A stretch of 63,967 nucleotides of DNA, filler included, from an uncultured Rhodopirellula sp. (GCA_964007735.1; 4 parts of 4 records of this genome joined end to end with filler, not necessarily neighbours in it), one strand, 5' to 3'. Shown: positions 9,756 to 20,196, counted from the whole stretch's first letter. Made by a program: numbers and translations. Notes: generated by a model not told the origin, from the letters alone.

Positions 9756-10757
9756 ATGTCACAATTTAACGAACAGGTAGACTTTCACGACTTTGAAGTA
9801 AAGCTTCAGCAGGGTTTTGCTGCTTCAAAGTGGCAGGATGTAAGAGTGATTCTGGCTGTTTCCGGTGGAGCAGACAGTGTAGCAATGCTGCGAAGTGTAG
9901 CTGCCCTCAGGCCGGATGACAGCATTGGCGACCTACATGTTGTCCATGTTAATCATGGCTGGCGAGGAGAACATTCAGATGGTGACCAAGAGTTTGTGGT
10001 TGATTTGTGCGCACGCTGGAATATCGAATGTCACTGTATTGGTATGCCGGCTGGACAGCGGACAGAAGAAGAAGCTAGGAATCAGCGTTATCAGACCTTT
10101 CATGAAAAGGCTTGTGAGCTAGGGGCTCGTTATGTGTTTATGGCTCATACCCAAGATGATCAGATCGAAACCTTGATTGATCGGATCTTTCGCGGCACAG
10201 GTTTGTCCGGCCTCCTGGGTATTCCCCGCACACGAAGGTTGGACCATGGTATCACTCTTCTAAGGCCGATGTTGTTACATAGGCGTGCAGAGGTGATCGA
10301 CTATCTCCAAGATTTGGGGCAAGACTATCGAGAGGATAGCTCGAATCAAACTTTGGACTACAAGCGAAACAGAATTCGCAATGAACTGTTACCGTTATTG
10401 AAGTTGCAATATCACAGTGAGGCCGATCAGGCTGTACTGCGGTTAAAAGAGATGGCATCGGAATTGTTTGAATATTTATCGACGGATGCGAAGAAGCTTG
10501 TTGATCAGGCATTAGTGAGTTGTGACGAGCAACAGCTAACGTTGGATTGCCGCTGCTTTGCCGGAGTCGCTTCTGTGGTCGTTCGAGAGGCATTGTTGCA
10601 GGTATGGCAGCAGGCAAAGTGGCCGCGTCAGGGGATGACACGTTCCCATTGGCTGCAGCTTGAGGCGATTGTTTTATCAACGAGTGAAGCGGTCATGTTT
10701 CCGGGTAGTATTCGCGCAGAAAAAAACGGCGAGCAGCTTTTGCTAACTCGCCGTTAA
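9756..10757 (+). CDS. tilS: tRNA(Ile)-lysidine synthetase
   Basis: PP-loop LAVSGGADS, HVNHGWRG, EEEARNQRY, AHTQDDQIET, RPML, EDSSN, RNRIRNELLP. Confidence 0.96.
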   Translation: MSQFNEQVDFHDFEVKLQQGFAASKWQDVRVILAVSGGADSVAMLRSVAALRPDDSIGDLHVVHVNHGWRGEHSDGDQEFVVDLCARWNIECHCIGMPAGQRTEEEARNQRYQTFHEKACELGARYVFMAHTQDDQIETLIDRIFRGTGLSGLLGIPRTRRLDHGITLLRPMLLHRRAEVIDYLQDLGQDYREDSSNQTLDYKRNRIRNELLPLLKLQYHSEADQAVLRLKEMASELFEYLSTDAKKLVDQALVSCDEQQLTLDCRCFAGVASVVVREALLQVWQQAKWPRQGMTRSHWLQLEAIVLSTSEAVMFPGSIRAEKNGEQLLLTRR

Positions 10758-10786
10758 TTTCAAATTAAAGAAGATCGGAAAAGAGC

Positions 10787-12355
10787 TTACTCTTCTCCTG
10801 CCTCCTCTGCTTCAGGATTGCTTTCATCGGACGGAGCCTCTTCTTCGGCAACTTCCGTCGCCTCCTCTGCTTCTTCCGCTGAAGCATCGGCGCCCGGATA
10901 AGAGGCCGTCTCTTCCGCTGAGCTATCACTACTGTCATCACCAAGGGTGATGACTTTGTAACCCCCTTGTGAGCGGTAGTAAAGAAGCAGTGCCAGGAAC
11001 CCGACACCCATCAAACCTGGTACGATTGCAGTCAAACGCAGTGCTTGGCGTGAACCATGGTTGTATGATGTCAGGATGGTTGAGTGATCTTCGTGGCTTT
11101 CGTCTTCTAGAACTTCTTGCTGTTTAGCAGGATCGATTTCCGTGTAGGTGTAACCTAAGAAAGATTTCTCCTCTGCATTGATGTAGTCTGTTGCAACAGC
11201 AGGAGCTGATGACTGTAGGTGGATAGACATCTCGTTACTCTGTTGTGCACCGATCATTGTCGTAGCACCAAGGCCAACGGTGAGCATACCTGCTGCTCCA
11301 AGAGTACTCATGGCAACCGCACCACTTTCCGGATACCGTTCACCAGCTACAGCCAGCATCGTTGGCCATAGGAAGGCTTTACCCAGACTGTAAAGAGTTG
11401 CCGCGGCAAAGATTACGAAGACACTTGTTGTGTCTAGACTAAGCCAGAAAAGACCTGCAACAGCGATTATTGAGCTGGCCAGTAGTAAACCTATTGGATT
11501 TAGTTTGTGTACCAGCGGACCCGCACAGAATCTGAGTACAAACATCAGAATCGACGTATAAATCAATACGGTAACGGAGTTTTTAACGAGTCCCTCCATT
11601 AATCGTGTTTGCCAACTATCAACGCCCAATTCCATGTAGCCAATCAAACCGTGAAGTACGACCAAAATCAGAAAGGGAATAGAAGCAAAGCAGCTAAATA
11701 GCACTGCTTTTGATTGATTGCTCTTGCTGGAAACAGTCTCCGGGAACTCTTCTTTGAGAGTCATTAAGAGGATAAAGATGAGTACTAAAGAGTACGAGGA
11801 TAAGGCGATGTGCCATTCAATTTCACCGAGCCATGCAGTTTCATTTTGGAAACAAGCAGCCAGTAAACCACCAACAACCATACCACCAGGCCATCCGGCA
11901 TGCAGGACATTGAGGTAGTGGGTTTGATTCTCAGGATACAACTGTCCAACCAAGGGGTTGATAACCCCTTCGTAGAGGCCGTTACAAATCGAGAATATGA
12001 AAACACTTGCCGTTAGCAAGCTAATGACTTTGTTTGTAGCCTCTTCAGGCGGCAACTCCGCAGCCCATCCCTCATACATACTGGGAGCAATAAATAGCAT
12101 GATTGCACTGACGATGTGCAAGCCTACTGAGATCAAAAGAACAGGTTTATATCCCATCATTTCAACGATGAAACCACCGATGAGAATGACAATGCCAAAT
12201 CCAAGGAAGCCAGCACCCATGATGCCGCCAAATTGTGCTTGCGAAATACCCATTTCAGCCCACGCAGGGCCTGCTGCACCGCGAGTCGCAAAACCAACGC
12301 CAGCCGCCACTAACGTTAGAAAGCTCGCAATTAATAATTTTGTACGATTTTCCAT
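10787..12355 (-). CDS. MFS transporter (sugar-type) with acidic C-terminal tail
   Basis: About 12 hydrophobic segments; INPLVGQLYP, LNVLHAGWPGG, YMELGVDSW, LWPTMLAVAGERYP. Confidence 0.9.
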   Translation of the reverse strand: MENRTKLLIASFLTLVAAGVGFATRGAAGPAWAEMGISQAQFGGIMGAGFLGFGIVILIGGFIVEMMGYKPVLLISVGLHIVSAIMLFIAPSMYEGWAAELPPEEATNKVISLLTASVFIFSICNGLYEGVINPLVGQLYPENQTHYLNVLHAGWPGGMVVGGLLAACFQNETAWLGEIEWHIALSSYSLVLIFILLMTLKEEFPETVSSKSNQSKAVLFSCFASIPFLILVVLHGLIGYMELGVDSWQTRLMEGLVKNSVTVLIYTSILMFVLRFCAGPLVHKLNPIGLLLASSIIAVAGLFWLSLDTTSVFVIFAAATLYSLGKAFLWPTMLAVAGERYPESGAVAMSTLGAAGMLTVGLGATTMIGAQQSNEMSIHLQSSAPAVATDYINAEEKSFLGYTYTEIDPAKQQEVLEDESHEDHSTILTSYNHGSRQALRLTAIVPGLMGVGFLALLLYYRSQGGYKVITLGDDSSDSSAEETASYPGADASAEEAEEATEVAEEEAPSDESNPEAEEAGEE

Positions 12356-12474
12356 TTTTTAATACTTCCGAAAGGTGAATTGAAATGCCTAGATTTCATG
12401 AATATATAAATCTATAAAATTTTTAATTGCTAGCATATAGCAATCACGAAAAACCGCGACTTTCGCAAGTTCAC

Positions 12475-12508
12475 TAAAACAACATTCCTTGTTAGGAATG
12501 TTGTTTTA
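12475..12508. promoter_or_regulatory. Perfect 15-bp inverted repeat in a divergent intergenic region (operator or stem-loop)
   Basis: TAAAACAACATTCCT-TGTT-AGGAATGTTGTTTTA. Confidence 0.5.
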
Positions 12509-12659
12509 TAAGATCACGGTTGACCGGAAATGGTTATTTGACATAGATTGATCGAACTGCGGGAGAGAAAACACAACTTGTTGTGCCATTGCTTTTAAGG
12601 CGGGCATCGAATCAGCAACATAGTGAGTTTGTCTCTCATGACAAATCAAAGGCTGGCGT

Positions 12660-14054
12660 ATGAGTTCCCATGGACGGGATTTGCTCGTTCGTCATGCAAT
12701 GGAAACACCAATGAGGCAGTTAGGAAGGCCAGTGGTTGTTGCTTGGATCGTGATATTTGCGATTGCGCTGACTTTGCGCTGTGGTGCGAGTGTTTACTGG
12801 CAAAACCGTCAGGCAGATCACAATACTTTTGCCTTTGGCGATTCGTTCTCTTACTGGGTTTTGGGACACCAAATCTATGAGGGGGATGAATACAAATTTG
12901 GCGGTGACGACGCCAGAATTTCACGAGCCCCGGGATTTCCGATTCTAATAGCGGGTTGGCACTGGCTGTTTGGTGGAAAGCCTTCGGTGATCTCGGTCCG
13001 AATTATGAATTCAATTCTGGGAGCATTGACGGTTGTTGCAGTAGGCTGGCTAGCCACCCTGCTCTTCAGTCAACGTATTGGTCTTTATACCGGTGTGCTC
13101 ACTTCGATTTATCCGGGTGCCATTGCGATGAGTGTTCTCATTCTCAGTGAGGGGCCTTTTTGTCTCTTCATGACGTTAGAGTTAGTGGCGGTATATTACT
13201 GTTTTTGGCGAGCCAATGCTTCCAGTACTTCGAAGCGTTGTGCGGCGATTCTTTTGGGTATTAATGCAGCAATGGCTGTATTAATACGCCCTAGTTGGTT
13301 GTTTTATACCCCCGCTCTTTTCACAGCCGTCTGTTTGCTGAGCAAGCATCGTCTCCGGAATCTTTCCCTCGTGATTCTTGGAGCTTTGGCCTTTGCTCTG
13401 GTAATGCTGCCATGGTGGGTTCGTAATTATCAGGTGACAGGACGTTTTGTGCCAACGACATTACAGGTGGGAGCTAGTCTTTATGACGGACTGCGCCCGG
13501 GTGCTGATGGAGCCAGCAACATGTCTTTCATGCAGGAGTTTTATCGCCAACAAACTCTGGAAGATGCTTTGGCTCAGTCGAAGCCAATCGATACATACGA
13601 ATACCGCCTGAATACCCGGCTCCGCGAGGCATCACTTCGATGGTCTCGTGAGAATCCATCCGAAGTTCTGCGTTTAGCGGGAAGTAAGTTTATCCGCATG
13701 TGGAACGTTTTTCCTAATTCAGACGCTGTCGGGTCGGGTGTGACTCGCCTGGCAACTTCACTGGGTTATCTCGGCATTATGCTGCTTACATTTTTGGCTG
13801 TGATTTCAATGATTCGAAAGAAATCACGGCCAATCGAAGGAACGAAGCAGGCATCATGGCGCATTGTTGCTCTTTGTAGCTCTCCCGCAGTCTACTTCAC
13901 AGCATTGCACATGGTGTTTGTCAGTTCCATTCGCTACCGCCAGCCAGCCGTACTGATTTTGTCGGTACTGGCTGGTGCTGGTGTGGCGATCTGCCTGCCC
14001 TGCGTTCCTTTTAATCGGGGTGCTTCACGAGCGGACGGAGGTTCTGATGGCTAA
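12660..14054 (+). CDS. GT-C fold membrane glycosyltransferase (ArnT/PMT_2, GT39/83-like); start uncertain
   Basis: GDSFSY, RAPGFP, ILSEGPF, LIRP, PWWVRNY, IRYRQP; multiple TM helices. Confidence 0.85.
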   Translation: MSSHGRDLLVRHAMETPMRQLGRPVVVAWIVIFAIALTLRCGASVYWQNRQADHNTFAFGDSFSYWVLGHQIYEGDEYKFGGDDARISRAPGFPILIAGWHWLFGGKPSVISVRIMNSILGALTVVAVGWLATLLFSQRIGLYTGVLTSIYPGAIAMSVLILSEGPFCLFMTLELVAVYYCFWRANASSTSKRCAAILLGINAAMAVLIRPSWLFYTPALFTAVCLLSKHRLRNLSLVILGALAFALVMLPWWVRNYQVTGRFVPTTLQVGASLYDGLRPGADGASNMSFMQEFYRQQTLEDALAQSKPIDTYEYRLNTRLREASLRWSRENPSEVLRLAGSKFIRMWNVFPNSDAVGSGVTRLATSLGYLGIMLLTFLAVISMIRKKSRPIEGTKQASWRIVALCSSPAVYFTALHMVFVSSIRYRQPAVLILSVLAGAGVAICLPCVPFNRGASRADGGSDG

Positions 14055-17000
14055 CTCCTCATCCGTTAAAAAAACGTTTGCTCATGATGGTAAGTCAAAG
14101 CGAATTCCCGTGGATTTGACCCCTAAAGGTGGCGGCTTTGCACATCGATGGATTCGTAAATTTGCAATTCTAGTCTCGTTGTTGGCTGCTATGGTTGTAA
14201 TAGGCCAACCGTGGCTAGGCTCCCGTGTTGATGAAGAAATCCATTCTCAGTTGCTCGCTGCAATGAAGAAGGCAATGCCTTCGGCTATCGTTAATGTCGA
14301 CTCGGTGGTTCGTCGCGGAAATAACGGAATTGTTGTCAAGGGCCTGGAAGTACTGCTTCCCATAGACGCAAGTGAATTAGGTTCCGACGTTAGGTCTTTT
14401 AACCGGTTACCCATCATTGAAATTGAGCATTTGGAACTGCTTGGAAAGACTGACTATGGCACCTTGTTGACGGAAGCCCCTGTCTTTAGCGAAGTCAAGG
14501 TCGTTGGCGGGAAGGTTCGGATTGTCCGTTCACCAGAAGGGGAATTGAATCTTGAAACGTTGTTTGGGGGCCTGGCTAATTCCGGTGTAATGAATGGGGA
14601 TATCCCGACAGTGAGATTGTCTGAGGTGGAAGTGTTGTTGGCGGATGCAAGGCAACTCGGGCCTCAGGAGTTGTCACTGGTGTTGGCAGATGGAGTCTTG
14701 GTGGAGAAGTCACGTGAGCAAGTTCCGCATGGCAGCAGTACTTCCAATGAAAACTCGGGTCTGTTGGAAGTGCGTCTTCAGTTTGAAACCGAACTGGCCT
14801 CGAACTTGCAGATTCAAGGTGCCATCTCGATGGATGACCACCCTTCTTTGTTAACGGCCAGAGTTGACGGTTTGCTGCTGGACGAAAAACTACTTAGGTA
14901 TTTACCTGTGGATGTCCTGGATAGTTTTCCGGCTGGTATGGGAGTGCGTGGGGAAGCTCAACTTGCCTTGCAGCTTCGTACTGAGGTAAAGCGGGACGAG
15001 TCTGGAGCATCGGAGTGGACATACGACTGGGCTGCGGCTGGAGTTTTGAGTAATGGATTCTATTCGGATCGTCGTCTGCCTTCTCCGATCACGGACATTT
15101 CAGGTACGGTGACCTGGCAAGGCAATAAGATTCGTTGTGAACGACTTAACGGTCGTCTGGCTAATTCTCCTTTGACCGGCAGTATTGAGATTTTGGACTT
15201 GAGTTCAACACCGGCAATCAAAGCCTCTCTCCATGCCGATAACCTGCGGGTTGATGAGACCTTTGCACAGGGCTTGACTGGAAATGGAAAGCTTGAGTCT
15301 GTATCCCGTGTCTTAGATTTGTACTCGCCCAGAGGCACGATGGGTTTGTGGATAACATACGATTCAACCGGACTTCAGCCAAAGACGGATATTGTTCTGG
15401 ATGTTCAGGATATGGACGTCACTTATGCGAAATTCCCATATCCATTCCACAAAGTCTCGGGGCGGATTCAGGTTTCAAATAAAGATGTTGAAATTCAGCA
15501 GGTCGAAGCTTACACCCATGGCCAACGCTTTGAGGTTCAGGGGAGCCTTAAAGATCCTTTTGAGTTTCCGACAGGTTGGCTTCAGATCACTGCCGATGGT
15601 CCGGTTCCACTGGATACGGAGTTAGTTCAGGCATTGAATGAGAAAACGCGTAAAACAATTGATGTTCTTCGTCCCACCGGACTTGTATGGCTCAAACGTC
15701 TGCGACACGAATATTCCGGAGATAAATACAATCCTAAACGTGAGATCGACATCGAGGTCAGGTCCGGCACGGTTAGTTATGAACAGTTCCCCTACCCTAT
15801 TCATCGAGTAGAAGGTGAGATTTATTTACGTTCGGGGATTTGGACATTTGAAGAATTTAGTGGTTATAAGGGCAACTCCTATATCCAACTCGATGGTTCG
15901 CTGACACCACTTGCAGATGGTGATACAAAACTGAATTTGGAGTTGACCGGCACCGATGTGGATCTGGATGAAGAACTGCGCACAGCGTTCTCAGTGAAGA
16001 ATGGAAATGTCACAGATCTTTGGGATCAATTGCAACCACAGGGAGCGCTTGATCACCTCACCATGAAAATTGAGAAATATAAATCTCGAGAGAAGCCGAG
16101 TTTGTATATTCGGGGTAAGAAGTGGGTTCCGGAAGAGAGTTTTGCAACGTCACGAGTCCAAATTAATCCTGTCTGGTTCCCATATAGTGTCGATGAATTG
16201 ACGGGTGAGTTTATCATTCAGGATGGTCATGTTCAATTACTGGATGTACGCGGACGACATGATGAAACCGAGTTTGTTTTTGATGCCGTTAGCCACTTCA
16301 ATCCCGATAGTGGTTGGGATCTGGCGATTGAACATTTGAGTATCGATCGTTTGGCGTTTGATAAAGATCTGTTAAACGCCTTACCAGATTCTCTTGCTAA
16401 AGGTCTCAAGTCTTTGGACTTAGTTGGCCAACTGCAACTGTCAGGTAATCTAAAGTTTGCAAGGCCTACGGATGGACCGTTGATGGCTAACTGGGATTTG
16501 CGAATTGGTGCCGCCGGAGTGGCGCTTACGTGCGGCCCCCGCTTTAACGGCGTTTATGGCGCCATTTTGTTGAATGGCATCAGCGATAATCGGGGATTTC
16601 GATCAAAAGCTTGGTTGGATATTGATTCGATGATGTGGGGGAATGAACAGTTTACCAAATTGTCCGGACCAGTTTGGGTGGACTCTAAACAACTGTTGGT
16701 TGGACGTTGGGCAAGTGTGGCACAGTCGAAGTTCGAAGCTGGCAACCAGCCGCAGAATTCCGAGGTGGTGCGTCAGCCACAACGGGATGCTCAAAGCATG
16801 CTGGCCCGAACAGCTGGCGGATTGTTAGGGGTCGATCTGCAGTTGCAGTTTGTGAATCAATTGCGAATTGAGTCGGGGGTGGAGGGCGCTGTCAGTCGTT
16901 CGGCTGACCGATTCCTTTTACAAGCTTCCCTGTCAGGCGCAGACCTTCGGTATCTGGCACGGCAGCAAGAGATTCGGGAGCGAACCGATGGACGAATTAC

Positions 17001-17517
17001 CGGAGCCGTTCGATTGCGGGGAGAAGTCGGAGATCGATCAACCTGGTCTGGTGAAGGTCGCGTCCGGCTGGCAGACGCTGATATTTATGAATTGCCTCTG
17101 ATGGTTGCCTTGTTAAGCAATCTGGGAGGGAATAAAGAACGTGGCGTATTTTCCTCGAGTGAGGTCGACTTCAGAGTTCAGTCCGAGCGGTTTATAATGG
17201 ACCGAGTTGCTTTGGAAGGAGACGCTGTTAGTCTCTACGGCGATGGTTGGATGTCCTTTGATAAAGAAATTAACATGGACTTCTATTCGTTAGTGGGGCG
17301 TCAGCGTATTGCCATCCCGTTTATTAATCAAGTAGTCGCAGAAGCAAGTAAGGGCTTGTTGAGAATTGATGTCGCCGGCTCTTTGGAGAAGCCGCAGGTT
17401 AATGGCACAGCATTTCCAGAACTTGACGGCACCATGGAACGTATTTTAGAAGACTTGAACACGCGGATTGCTCGCCCGTTCCCTAATGGTCAACAGCCGA
17501 TTATCCAGCTTAGATAG
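14047..17517 (+). CDS. Large AsmA-like / bridge-like lipid-transfer family protein
   Basis: Single N-terminal TM, then about 1,100 aa of beta-rich repeats (FPYP.....G.I). C-terminus LEGDAVSLYGDGW...IDVAGSLEKP fits AsmA_2. The ATG at 14047 overlaps the upstream stop. Confidence 0.75.
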   Translation: MANSSSVKKTFAHDGKSKRIPVDLTPKGGGFAHRWIRKFAILVSLLAAMVVIGQPWLGSRVDEEIHSQLLAAMKKAMPSAIVNVDSVVRRGNNGIVVKGLEVLLPIDASELGSDVRSFNRLPIIEIEHLELLGKTDYGTLLTEAPVFSEVKVVGGKVRIVRSPEGELNLETLFGGLANSGVMNGDIPTVRLSEVEVLLADARQLGPQELSLVLADGVLVEKSREQVPHGSSTSNENSGLLEVRLQFETELASNLQIQGAISMDDHPSLLTARVDGLLLDEKLLRYLPVDVLDSFPAGMGVRGEAQLALQLRTEVKRDESGASEWTYDWAAAGVLSNGFYSDRRLPSPITDISGTVTWQGNKIRCERLNGRLANSPLTGSIEILDLSSTPAIKASLHADNLRVDETFAQGLTGNGKLESVSRVLDLYSPRGTMGLWITYDSTGLQPKTDIVLDVQDMDVTYAKFPYPFHKVSGRIQVSNKDVEIQQVEAYTHGQRFEVQGSLKDPFEFPTGWLQITADGPVPLDTELVQALNEKTRKTIDVLRPTGLVWLKRLRHEYSGDKYNPKREIDIEVRSGTVSYEQFPYPIHRVEGEIYLRSGIWTFEEFSGYKGNSYIQLDGSLTPLADGDTKLNLELTGTDVDLDEELRTAFSVKNGNVTDLWDQLQPQGALDHLTMKIEKYKSREKPSLYIRGKKWVPEESFATSRVQINPVWFPYSVDELTGEFIIQDGHVQLLDVRGRHDETEFVFDAVSHFNPDSGWDLAIEHLSIDRLAFDKDLLNALPDSLAKGLKSLDLVGQLQLSGNLKFARPTDGPLMANWDLRIGAAGVALTCGPRFNGVYGAILLNGISDNRGFRSKAWLDIDSMMWGNEQFTKLSGPVWVDSKQLLVGRWASVAQSKFEAGNQPQNSEVVRQPQRDAQSMLARTAGGLLGVDLQLQFVNQLRIESGVEGAVSRSADRFLLQASLSGADLRYLARQQEIRERTDGRITGAVRLRGEVGDRSTWSGEGRVRLADADIYELPLMVALLSNLGGNKERGVFSSSEVDFRVQSERFIMDRVALEGDAVSLYGDGWMSFDKEINMDFYSLVGRQRIAIPFINQVVAEASKGLLRIDVAGSLEKPQVNGTAFPELDGTMERILEDLNTRIARPFPNGQQPIIQLR

Positions 17518-17539
17518 AACCTAACCGGAATTGAAAGAG

Positions 17540-17859
17540 ATGAAATTTACCAAAATGCATGGTGCGGGAAACGACTATGTTTATGTGAATGCATTTGAAG
17601 AATCCTTGCCGGAAGATTTGCCGGCCCTGTCTGTTGCCATGTCCCATCGGCATTTCGGGATTGGTGCGGATGGATTGATTGTGATTCATCCCTCCGATAT
17701 TGCGGATGCACGTATGCAAATGTTCAACGCGGACGGGAGCGAATCGGAAATGTGTGGCAACGGTATTCGTTGCGTTGCTAAATATGTATACGACCATGGG
17801 ATTTGTGGCAAGGAATCACTAACCATTGAAACCGGAGCGGGTGTACTAGCACTCGAAGT
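17540..17859 (+). CDS. dapF: Diaminopimelate epimerase, 3'-truncated by contig end
   Basis: [44 protein letters not shown]. Confidence 0.96.
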
Positions 17860-17959
17860 NNNNNNNNNNNNNNNNNNNNNNNNNNNNNNNNNNNNNNNNN
17901 NNNTTAATTAATTAANNNNNNNNNNNNNNNNNNNNNNNNNNNNNNNNNNNNNNNNNNNN
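17860..17959. other. Artificial contig spacer (Ns with TTAATTAATTAA)
   Basis: 100 nt containing a six-frame stop cassette; repeated at 35726 and 53522. Confidence 0.99.
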
Positions 17960-18235
17960 GTGATTGCCACCCTTAGCGCAACGAAAGCATCAAACCAATG
18001 GGTGGTAGGGTTTGCACTGGAGACCGATGATCACCGTTTCCGTGCCTTGCATAAACTACAAGCGAAATGTTGCAACCTCATCGTCTTAAACGGGCCCACT
18101 GCTATGAACTCCCCCAATAACAGCATCGAAATTCTCAATCCCGAGGGAGTTGTCATCAAGTCATTTTCCGGAACCAAGAAAGACGTCGCCGTCACCATCT
18201 TAAGCACCATTGAGGATTATTTAGTTGAGCTATGA
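17960..18235 (+). CDS. coaB: Phosphopantothenate-cysteine ligase (CoaB / CoaBC C-terminus), 5'-truncated
   Basis: VVGFALET...A..KL..K.C.LIVLN and C-terminal GTKKDVA. Confidence 0.85.
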   Translation: MIATLSATKASNQWVVGFALETDDHRFRALHKLQAKCCNLIVLNGPTAMNSPNNSIEILNPEGVVIKSFSGTKKDVAVTILSTIEDYLVEL

Positions 18236-19179
18236 ATATCGATTACCATACTATTCCGCTTCCAAGAGGGATCGACAACGTGCAACCTGCCTCCTTTCTC
18301 GTGTTTACAGAGGGGCCGGCAGTTGCAAGCGACGGGACGCTCTATTATTCCGATATCCCTAATAACCGAATTCTTGCGATGTCACCTTCCGGGTCAACCA
18401 CGGTTTGGCGCGATAAGAGCAATCGCACCAATGGTCAGACTTTTGATCTCAATGGCCGACTCTTACATTGTGAAGGCGCCGAATTCGGTCATGAATTAGG
18501 TGCGCGGCGAATTACGCGGACGAATCTCGAAACAGGTGAATACGAAGTAATAACAGACAGCTACGAAGGTCAACGATACAATTCACCCAATGACATTTGT
18601 GTCGACGGCAACGGTCGCATCTATTTCACTGATCCGTGTTATGACGATCGTACCATCATGGAAATGGACTGCGATGCGGTCTACAGAATCAATAGCGACG
18701 GTGCTGTCAGAAGAATCCTTACTCAGCCTGACGTCCAGCGTCCCAATGGAATCGCCGTAACCCAGGATTCCAAACATCTGTACCTTGTTGACAGTTGTCC
18801 TGTTGCAGGCGGGAATCGAAAAATATGGCACTTCGACTTGGACTACCAGGGCTGTCCTTCAAATCAATCACTAGTGTGGGATTTTGAGTCGGGTCGTGGG
18901 GGTGATGGTATGCGACTGGACATAGAAGGAAATCTCTATATAGCTGCAGGGATTAATAATCCGCGGGGGGAACACGAATCAACTTCCGTACCACCTGGTA
19001 TTTATATAATCAGCCCTCAAGGTTCGATGTTGGGCCGTATTCCCATCCCTGAAGACACTCTCACCAATCTGGCGTTCGGGGGAAAAGATGGAAGAACGAT
19101 TTACGTAACCGCCGGTAAAACAATCTACAAGACCCGAGTGGCGATACCCGGTCAGGTTTCCTATCCGAAATGGTCTTAG
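18232..19179 (+). CDS. SMP-30/gluconolactonase/LRE family protein
   Basis: FTEGPA, YSDIP, NSPND, IYFTDP, PNGIA, GDGMRLD..GNLY, TNLAFGG. Confidence 0.92.
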   Translation: MNIDYHTIPLPRGIDNVQPASFLVFTEGPAVASDGTLYYSDIPNNRILAMSPSGSTTVWRDKSNRTNGQTFDLNGRLLHCEGAEFGHELGARRITRTNLETGEYEVITDSYEGQRYNSPNDICVDGNGRIYFTDPCYDDRTIMEMDCDAVYRINSDGAVRRILTQPDVQRPNGIAVTQDSKHLYLVDSCPVAGGNRKIWHFDLDYQGCPSNQSLVWDFESGRGGDGMRLDIEGNLYIAAGINNPRGEHESTSVPPGIYIISPQGSMLGRIPIPEDTLTNLAFGGKDGRTIYVTAGKTIYKTRVAIPGQVSYPKWS

Positions 19180-19180
19180 G

Positions 19181-20182
19181 ATGAAAAAATTTGTAATCTA
19201 TCCCCCAATCGACGATCTGCGTCTGAATAAAATCCTCGAACTAGGGTGTCAACTCAACATTGTCAACTGTGACAACCTGCAAAAAGTCCAAACGGAAATA
19301 TCAGACGCAGATGGATTTTATGGGAAGATAACCCCTCCGTTACTTGCTGCGGCCAGGCAGTTGAAGTGGGTCCAAAGTCCAACAGCCAGTTTGGAACACT
19401 ATCTCTTTCCCGCGTTAATAGACCATCCCTGCCAACTGACTAATATGCGAGGCCTGTTCTATGACGTCATCGCCGACCATGTCTTCACCTATATCCTGAT
19501 GTTTGCCCGCCGAATGCACATTTACATGGCGCAACAATTTACGGCGGAATGGGCGCCCCTAGGCGGTGAAACCGGGCGAGCTGATTACGCGGTTGGCCCC
19601 GGAAATGTCACACCTATGGATCACCAACATCAACAGTTAGCCGGGTCCACACTGGGAATCTTGGGGATGGGTAGCATAGGCCGTGAAATCGCCCGCTACG
19701 GAAAACAATTTGGGATGACAGTCCTAGGTGTCGACCCGTATGCCGATACTCCGGAACACGTTGATCATTTTGGGGATCTTCAATACTTGGACGCAATGCT
19801 CGGCAACAGCGACTACGTGGTCATTGCCGCCCCTCATACACCAGAAACGGAGGGGTTCTTTAATCATGAAATCATCGCAAAAATGAAGCCATCGGCGTTC
19901 CTCATAAACATCGGAAGGGGAGCGATTATCCCTCTTCTTGACCTAGTTGCCGCCTTGAATAACGGTATTATCGCCGGTGCCGCATTAGATGTGTACGAAA
20001 CCGAGCCCCTTCCGTCGGACCACCCGTTATGGTCACTGCCTAATGTCATCCTTACACCACACATTGCCGCCTGTACCCCCAAAGTTTCAGAGCGTCATCT
20101 TGAAGTTTTACTAGGAAATATTCAGCGTTTCGCGAATGACGAGTCATTATTAAATGTCGTCGATAAATCACTATGGTTCTAA
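19181..20182 (+). CDS. D-2-hydroxyacid dehydrogenase
   Basis: GILGMGSIG, APHTPET, LINIGRG, GAALDVYETEPLP, LTPHIA. Confidence 0.93.
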   Translation: MKKFVIYPPIDDLRLNKILELGCQLNIVNCDNLQKVQTEISDADGFYGKITPPLLAAARQLKWVQSPTASLEHYLFPALIDHPCQLTNMRGLFYDVIADHVFTYILMFARRMHIYMAQQFTAEWAPLGGETGRADYAVGPGNVTPMDHQHQQLAGSTLGILGMGSIGREIARYGKQFGMTVLGVDPYADTPEHVDHFGDLQYLDAMLGNSDYVVIAAPHTPETEGFFNHEIIAKMKPSAFLINIGRGAIIPLLDLVAALNNGIIAGAALDVYETEPLPSDHPLWSLPNVILTPHIAACTPKVSERHLEVLLGNIQRFANDESLLNVVDKSLWF

Positions 20183-20196
20183 CCGCATTTTAGATT

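Noticed and set aside
17860..17959. TTAATTAATTAA motif recurring three times within N runs
   Set aside because: Artificial six-frame-stop contig linker. Genes on either side are not neighbours, and ORFs that run into it (17531, 35517, 53570) have false ends.
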